From the NCBI RefSeq assembly GCF_000953395.1, contig NZ_LN649236.1, positions 30,001 through 62,000 on the forward strand: a stretch of DNA of 32,000 nt, read 5' to 3'. The position numbers and the translations under genes are program-made. Below the pieces are notes generated by a model, which saw nothing but the letters and a program-made list of their open reading frames with translations, had not been told where the DNA came from and searched no databases. Positions 26,808-32,000 of this stretch are shown in pieces. Origin of the DNA: Candidatus Portiera aleyrodidarum (lineage in GTDB: Bacteria; Pseudomonadota; Gammaproteobacteria; Johnevansiales; Johnevansiaceae). Each line of letters begins with the position of its first letter. Positions within the stretch are counted from its first letter, which is position 1.

Positions 26808-27503
26808 TCAATTAATACGATCCCATAAACAAAAACCTATATTATTTCTAAGTTCCTTTATATTTTCTCTATGTTCTAATAATTCTTTAGTAACTGGATA
26901 TATAATTTTTAACTTACTTTTTTTTAAACTTTTTAATTTTTTTTTCGTTTCAATATTTTTTAAATTTAATATAACTTGACCTCCTGTCATAGCTAAATAA
27001 ATTTCTGATAAGATTTCAGCATCTAATAAAGCACCATGTACATGACGATGTCTATTATCTATATTATAACGTTTACATAATTTATCTATACTATTTCTTT
27101 GTCCAGGATGAATTTTTCTTGCTAATTTTAAAGTATCAATAATCTTGCAATTACTTTTAACTGGTCCTATATGATTTTTTATATTACAAATTGAAAATTC
27201 ATAATCAATAAATCCAATATCAAATTCAGCATTATGCATTATAAGTTCAGATCCTTTAATAAACTTCCAAAACGAATCAGCTATTTTAGAAAATACTGGT
27301 TTATCAATTAAAAAATCATTAGTAATACCATGTATTGCAATAGCATTATGATCAATAATCCTTTCAGGATTAATATATTTATGAAATATTTTGCCTGTGA
27401 ATTTACGATTTATCATTTCTATACAACCAAGTTCAATTAATCTATGTCCATAAGTATAATTAATACCAGTAGTTTCTGTATCTAATATTACTTGTCGCAT
27501 CAT
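26808..27503 (-). CDS. dnaQ: DNA polymerase III subunit epsilon (3'-5' proofreading exonuclease)
   Basis: 231 aa. ExoI VILDTETTG, ExoII MHNAEFDIGF, ExoIII HGALLDAEILSEIYL. Confidence 0.95.
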   Translation of the reverse strand: MMRQVILDTETTGINYTYGHRLIELGCIEMINRKFTGKIFHKYINPERIIDHNAIAIHGITNDFLIDKPVFSKIADSFWKFIKGSELIMHNAEFDIGFIDYEFSICNIKNHIGPVKSNCKIIDTLKLARKIHPGQRNSIDKLCKRYNIDNRHRHVHGALLDAEILSEIYLAMTGGQVILNLKNIETKKKLKSLKKSKLKIIYPVTKELLEHRENIKELRNNIGFCLWDRIN

Positions 27504-29851
27504 CTAGAAACAATACCATAACGTTCTTTTAAATAAATTAATATATTATTTAATAATTCTTCTATTTCTTTATCAAAAAGAGTTCTTGAAGGATGTTGCC
27601 AAGTTAATCTTAATGCAATACTATTATATCCTTTATAAAAATCAGCATATACATCAAATAATATTAGTTCTATTAAATATTTTCCAGCTTTAATACGAAT
27701 TTTCTCTATTACTTTAGATACAGATAAATCTTTTTTTATTAATAATGCTAAATCACGATGAATTTCAGGAAAACGTGATACATTATTAAATTTAGGTATT
27801 TTACCTTTAAGTAAGTAGGCTAAATCTAATTCAAAAATAAAAATTTCAAATGGTAATCCAAAATAATAAGAAATAGTAGGATTTAGTGCTCCAATCCATC
27901 CTACCTTTTTATTGTTACGTAATATTTTTGCACTTTTACCAGAGTGTAATGCCGGATGTATAGCAGCTTTAAATTTCCAACTATTAAAATCACCACCTAA
28001 TCTTATTAAAACTTCTATATCTCCTTTTATATCAAAAAATTCGGTTTTATAATTATTTAAATTCCACCCCCCTATATAACGATTGCCAGTAAATATACCT
28101 CCTAATTTTTCTACTTGTTTTACATTTTCTACCTTTTTACCAATAAATACTAATCCCATTTCAAATAAAGCTATTCGTGTTTTTTGTCTATTTAAATTAT
28201 AAATAAGTGCTTTAATTAAACCTGGCCACAAACTAGATCTCATTACAGATAATTCTTTTGAAATAGGGTTATTTATTATAGGTGTGTATATATTAGGTTG
28301 TAAATATTTATGTAATTTAGGTGATATAAAGCTATAAGTAATTACTTCTTGATAACCACGAGAAATTAATTGTGAATATATTTGATCTTTAGTAATAATT
28401 GATTCACTATTAAAATATGGTGTTAATTGTATTTTTGGGTTAGAAGTAGGTAAATTAGTATATCCATAAATACGTGCTAATTCCTCAATTATATCTTCTG
28501 GAATAGATATATCAAAACGCCAACTAGGTATTTGAATATTCCAAAATTTAATATTTTTTTTTATTATTTTAAATCCTAACCTATTTAAAATATCCTCTAT
28601 TTCCTTGTTTTGTATATAGTAACCAAGTAAATTTTTTATATGTAAAAATTTTAAATTAATTATACGTTTATTTGGTAAATATGATTGAAATTCTATATTA
28701 ATTATATTACCAGCACTACCCCCAGAAATACCAATTAACAAGTTAGTAATACGTTCTAAAGCAATATTTTGCATTTCACTATCTACACCACGTTCATAAC
28801 GATATGCAAAATCTGTATATAATCCATAATAACTTGCTTTACCTGCTATAATTGATGGAGTAAAAAAAGCAGATAATAATAATATATTTCTAGTATTATT
28901 ATTAATCATAGTACGATTACTACCTATTATTCCTGCAATATTTAAAGGACCTATTTCATCTGCAATTATTAATGTATCTTCTTTAAGTTTAATATTTTGA
29001 CCGTTTAATAATTTTATATTTTCGTATTGTTTTGCCATACGAACTGTTAAATTACCTTTAATATTATTTAAATCATAACAATTAATAGGTTGTCCAAGCT
29101 CTAACATAACAAAATTAATAATATCAACAATAATGTCTACAGAAGCTATACCGCTAATCTGAAGCCTTGAATATATCCACCAGGGTGTTTGTGTATTAAC
29201 ATTAATCGATTCAATAACTCTACTAGAGAGTTTTGGACAATATTTTGGTACTTTAACCTTAAGTGAATATTCCAAATTACTTGTATTTTTTACTGTATTT
29301 ATAATATGATTCTCATTTAAATTATTAATACGATTAATTGCACATAATTCTCTTGCTATACCTCTTATACTTAAACAATCACTACGATTAGGTAAACCTT
29401 CTATATCAATTACATTTTTTAACTTCCCTATATCAAATCCTATTGGAGCATCTTTTGGAAACAATATAATATCGTTAGATTTTACACCTATCAAATTGAT
29501 TTCTGAATATTTACAAACTATTCCCCAAGATTCTATACCATAAAAACCTTTATTTATAATTTTTAAATTTTTAGGTAATAATGTACCTATTTTAGCGAAA
29601 GCTATTTTTTGACCAATTTGACCAACAGTACATATTACTTGCCAAAATTGTTTACCATCATTTATAATACATAATTTCAACTTATCTGTATAATTAATAA
29701 TTTTTTTAATACAAGATATAAATACCCCAGTAAATGAGTTATTAATTATATATGATGATTTCAATCCAATCATAGTTATTTGTTCTGCAATAATATTAGA
29801 ATTATATTCTAATGAAACCCATTCACGTATCCAATGTTCTGAAACTTTCAT
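27500..29851 (-). CDS. pheT: Phenylalanyl-tRNA synthetase beta subunit
   Basis: 783 aa. MKVSEHWIREWV... N-terminus, B3/4 and B5 domains, C-terminal FDVY...SIALRLTWQ. Downstream of pheS. Confidence 0.95.
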   Translation of the reverse strand: MKVSEHWIREWVSLEYNSNIIAEQITMIGLKSSYIINNSFTGVFISCIKKIINYTDKLKLCIINDGKQFWQVICTVGQIGQKIAFAKIGTLLPKNLKIINKGFYGIESWGIVCKYSEINLIGVKSNDIILFPKDAPIGFDIGKLKNVIDIEGLPNRSDCLSIRGIARELCAINRINNLNENHIINTVKNTSNLEYSLKVKVPKYCPKLSSRVIESINVNTQTPWWIYSRLQISGIASVDIIVDIINFVMLELGQPINCYDLNNIKGNLTVRMAKQYENIKLLNGQNIKLKEDTLIIADEIGPLNIAGIIGSNRTMINNNTRNILLLSAFFTPSIIAGKASYYGLYTDFAYRYERGVDSEMQNIALERITNLLIGISGGSAGNIINIEFQSYLPNKRIINLKFLHIKNLLGYYIQNKEIEDILNRLGFKIIKKNIKFWNIQIPSWRFDISIPEDIIEELARIYGYTNLPTSNPKIQLTPYFNSESIITKDQIYSQLISRGYQEVITYSFISPKLHKYLQPNIYTPIINNPISKELSVMRSSLWPGLIKALIYNLNRQKTRIALFEMGLVFIGKKVENVKQVEKLGGIFTGNRYIGGWNLNNYKTEFFDIKGDIEVLIRLGGDFNSWKFKAAIHPALHSGKSAKILRNNKKVGWIGALNPTISYYFGLPFEIFIFELDLAYLLKGKIPKFNNVSRFPEIHRDLALLIKKDLSVSKVIEKIRIKAGKYLIELILFDVYADFYKGYNSIALRLTWQHPSRTLFDKEIEELLNNILIYLKERYGIVSR

Positions 29852-29858
29852 ATATTAA

Positions 29859-30848
29859 TTAAAATTGACGCCAAATCCGTATATCATTATTAAATAATGT
29901 ACGTAAATCTTTAATACCATAACGAAGCATAGTTAATCTTTCAGCTCCCATTCCAAAAGCAAAACCATAATATTTAGGATTAATTTTTAACCGTTTTAAT
30001 ATATTAGGATGAATCATACCACAACCTATAACTTCCAACCAATCGGAATAATGTTTTATACGAATATCTACTTCTGCAGAAGGTTCTGTAAAAGGAAAAT
30101 ATGAAGGTCTAAATCTTACTTCTATTTTTTGTCCTTCAAAAAAACCTTTTATAAACATATCAATAGTACCTTTAAGATCAGAAAAACTAACAAATTCGTC
30201 AACCAATAATCCTTCAACTTGATGAAACATAGGACTATGATTTAAATCCGAATCACAACGATAAACTTTTCCTGCACCAATTACTCTAAACGGAGGATTT
30301 TGTTTTTCCATTGTTCTTATTAATATAGAAGATGTATGACTACGTAACATATAATTTGAGTTAAAATAAAAAGTATCATGCATGGCTCTAGCAGGGTGAT
30401 TTCTAGGCATATTTAAGGCTTCAAAGTTATGGAATTCATCTTCTATTTCTGGTCCATCAACTAATTTATAACCAATAGTAATAAATATTTTTTTTATTCT
30501 ATATAAAGTACGGGTAATAGGATGTAAGTTTCCTATATTTGAACCACCTCTACCTGGTAATGTAACATCAATTTTTTCTTTTGCTATTTTATTTTTTATT
30601 GTTTCTTTTTCTAATAAATTATTATGATATTTAAACTTTTTATATAAATTTTTTTTAGTTTTATTAATTGCTTCTCCAATAATTGGTTTATCATATGATT
30701 TTAAATTACTAATATGTTTTAATTGTAATGTTAATTTACCTTTCTTACCAAAATATTGTATACGAATTTCATTCAGCTTATTAATATTATTAGCTGCATT
30801 AATTTTAATATTTGCTTCTTCTACTAATTTAATTAGATTATAAAACAT
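29859..30848 (-). CDS. pheS: Phenylalanyl-tRNA synthetase alpha subunit
   Basis: 329 aa. HPITRT, class II motifs FRPSYFPFTEPSAEVD and GFAFGMGAERLTMLRYGI. Confidence 0.95.
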   Translation of the reverse strand: MFYNLIKLVEEANIKINAANNINKLNEIRIQYFGKKGKLTLQLKHISNLKSYDKPIIGEAINKTKKNLYKKFKYHNNLLEKETIKNKIAKEKIDVTLPGRGGSNIGNLHPITRTLYRIKKIFITIGYKLVDGPEIEDEFHNFEALNMPRNHPARAMHDTFYFNSNYMLRSHTSSILIRTMEKQNPPFRVIGAGKVYRCDSDLNHSPMFHQVEGLLVDEFVSFSDLKGTIDMFIKGFFEGQKIEVRFRPSYFPFTEPSAEVDIRIKHYSDWLEVIGCGMIHPNILKRLKINPKYYGFAFGMGAERLTMLRYGIKDLRTLFNNDIRIWRQF

Positions 30849-30851
30849 TTT

Positions 30852-31199
30852 TTATTCCATATTATTTTTAATTATATTATAAAAATAATTGGTTTTTCTT
30901 ATAGCCAAATCAGAAAGGATTTTTCGATCAATATTAATATTATATTTTTTTATTAAATAAATTAATTTACTATAATTAATACCATAACTTCTGGCTGCAG
31001 CATTAATACGCATAATCCATAAACTTCTTAATTGACGTTTACGTTGACGCCTATCTCTATAAGCATATTGTTTTGCTTTTATTACAGCTTGTTTAGCAAC
31101 ACGGTATACTCTAGACCTAGCTCCATAATAACCTTTAGCCTGTTTAATAATTGTTTTATGACGTTTATGGGCCACAACACCACGTTTAACACGGGACAT
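30852..31199 (-). CDS. rplT: 50S ribosomal protein L20
   Basis: 115 aa. [63 protein letters not shown]. Confidence 0.95.
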   Translation of the reverse strand: MSRVKRGVVAHKRHKTIIKQAKGYYGARSRVYRVAKQAVIKAKQYAYRDRRQRKRQLRSLWIMRINAAARSYGINYSKLIYLIKKYNINIDRKILSDLAIRKTNYFYNIIKNNME

Positions 31200-31224
31200 T
31201 ATTTAATTATTCTCCAACTTTTTG

Positions 31225-31416
31225 TTACACTGGTAACATGTTTTTTATTTTTTTAATATTATAAGTATTAACTATACTTAGTTTACGAAGTTTACGTTTA
31301 CGTTTTGATGATTTTTTTGTTAATATATGATTTCGAAAAGAATGACGATATTTAAAATTTTTAGAAGTTTTACGGAAACGTTTAGAAGCTCCACTATTAT
31401 TTTTTATTTTATACAT
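31225..31416 (-). CDS. rpmI: 50S ribosomal protein L35
   Basis: 63 aa. [17 protein letters not shown]....[23 protein letters not shown]. Confidence 0.9.
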   Translation of the reverse strand: MYKIKNNSGASKRFRKTSKNFKYRHSFRNHILTKKSSKRKRKLRKLSIVNTYNIKKIKNMLPV

Positions 31417-31424
31417 AATAAAAC

Positions 31425-31970
31425 CTACTTAGTTTTTTTTGGTGTAAGCATCATTATCATTTGTTTACCTTCCAGTTTAGGTTTAGATTCTACTATGATT
31501 AAATCTTTTAAATCTATTAAAATACGTTCCATTAATTTTCTTCCTAATTCTTTATGAGCTATTTCTCGTCCTCTAAAACGTAATGTAACTTTACTACGAT
31601 CTCCATCTTCTATAAAACGTATTAAACTTTTAAGTTTTACTTGATAATCACTTTCATCAGTAACAGGTCTAAATTTTACTTCTTTAACCTGAATTTGTTT
31701 TTGTTTTTTCTTTTGTGCAGATCTTTGTTTTTTTTGTTCAAATATAAATTTTCCATAATCCATAATTTTACATACTATTGATTCCGAATTATTATAAATT
31801 TGTACTAAATCTAAACCATATTCTTCAGCTTTATTTATAGCTTCATTAATAGATACTATACCTAATTGTTCACCTTCTTTACCAATTAAACGGACTTTAT
31901 TAGCACGTATATTTCTATTTATAGGGGCTATTTTTTCTTTTAATCGCCCGCGTTGATTATTTTTATTTAT
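31425..31970 (-). CDS. infC: Translation initiation factor IF-3; non-canonical start, ATA at 31970 proposed
   Basis: The track ORF starts at an internal Met (IMDYGKF). The same frame stays open to the window end. Upstream it reads ...[59 protein letters not shown], which is the IF-3 N-domain (E. coli: [42 protein letters not shown]...PPVCRIMDYGKF). No ATG, GTG or TTG occurs in frame between 32000 and 31764. The ATA at 31970..31968 has GGAG 8 nt upstream. An alternative ATA lies at 31931. Confidence 0.85.
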   Translation of the reverse strand: MNKNNQRGRLKEKIAPINRNIRANKVRLIGKEGEQLGIVSINEAINKAEEYGLDLVQIYNNSESIVCKIMDYGKFIFEQKKQRSAQKKKQKQIQVKEVKFRPVTDESDYQVKLKSLIRFIEDGDRSKVTLRFRGREIAHKELGRKLMERILIDLKDLIIVESKPKLEGKQMIMMLTPKKTK

Positions 31971-32000
31971 TTTTACTTCTCCGTATATTTTCTTTATACT
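31963..32000 (-). CDS. thrS: Probable last 11 codons of threonyl-tRNA synthetase (5' part outside the window)
   Basis: A different minus-strand frame reads ...[11 protein letters not shown]-stop (TAA at 31965..31963). This loosely resembles the basic E. coli ThrRS C-terminus (..LQQEIRSRSLKQLEE). thrS precedes infC in the conserved thrS-infC-rpmI-rplT-pheST cluster. Only 11 codons are visible. Confidence 0.35.
   Translation of the reverse strand, partial: YKENIRRSKNK
31979..31982 (-). promoter_or_regulatory. Shine-Dalgarno GGAG upstream of the proposed infC ATA start
   Basis: The minus strand reads GGAG-aagtaaaa-ATA, an 8-nt spacer. G-rich tetramers are rare in this composition. Confidence 0.4.

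Noticed and set aside
31032-31557. Plus-strand ORFs 31032..31256 and 31327..31557.
   Set aside because: Antisense shadows of rplT/rpmI and rpmI/infC.
1-32000. I searched for a novel accessory, defence or mobile system: CRISPR arrays, transposase or integrase genes, toxin-antitoxin pairs, restriction-modification, phage genes, large repeats and unexplained long ORFs.
   Set aside because: Every long ORF has a confident housekeeping assignment. The only stretches not covered by track ORFs are explained by aroG (5' part), acpP, the cspA upstream region, a tRNA and the infC N-terminus. No arrays of spaced repeats or terminal inverted repeats were seen. The window appears to be core endosymbiont genome.

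Overview
The window is extremely AT-rich (about one quarter G+C by eye, not computed) and almost gap-free. It holds about 40 housekeeping genes and one tRNA, read with the standard code (TGG = Trp; TGA, TAA and TAG all used as stops). Gene content, left to right:
- + strand: aroG (3' part), metE
- - strand: hslU, hslV
- + strand: rpmE, aroK, aroB, MFS transporter
- - strand: rne
- + strand: rluC, rpmF, acpP, holB, PDZ-less HtrA-like protease, leuA
- - strand: cspA
- + strand: aroC, leuC, leuD, leuB, asd, truA, trpF, LysE/ArgO exporter, serS, tRNA-Leu(UAG), tusE, nfuA, sufE
- - strand: hisI, sohB, dnaQ, pheT, pheS, rplT, rpmI, infC, and probably the last codons of thrS

The leuC-leuD-leuB-asd-truA-trpF order and the long-form LeuA point to a betaproteobacterial (Burkholderiales-like) lineage. 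The composition, tiny spacers, overlapping genes and lost leaders indicate an obligate, genome-reduced endosymbiont that supplies amino acids. A Candidatus Kinetoplastibacterium-type organism would fit, but that needs a database search.

I see no mobile elements, CRISPR, prophage, toxin-antitoxin or defence genes, and no candidate novel multi-gene system. All long ORFs have confident housekeeping assignments. The points worth a second look are products of reductive evolution:
- rluC has lost its stop codon and reads in frame into rpmF.
- An intact acpP, absent from the ORF track, has no ATG/GTG/TTG start and probably uses ATT.
- infC probably starts at ATA behind a GGAG.
- RNase E is cut back to its catalytic half, with an amphipathic tail.
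- The HtrA protease has lost its PDZ domains.
- A tRNA sits 1 nt after serS and 7 nt before tusE, acting as punctuation.
- A tusE-nfuA-sufE mini-cluster groups three sulfur-handling genes.
- A roughly 53-bp duplication builds the sohB/hisI junction.
- A 12-bp tandem repeat fills the leuD-leuB spacer.
- cspA is the only gene with a real promoter region and a hairpin terminator.
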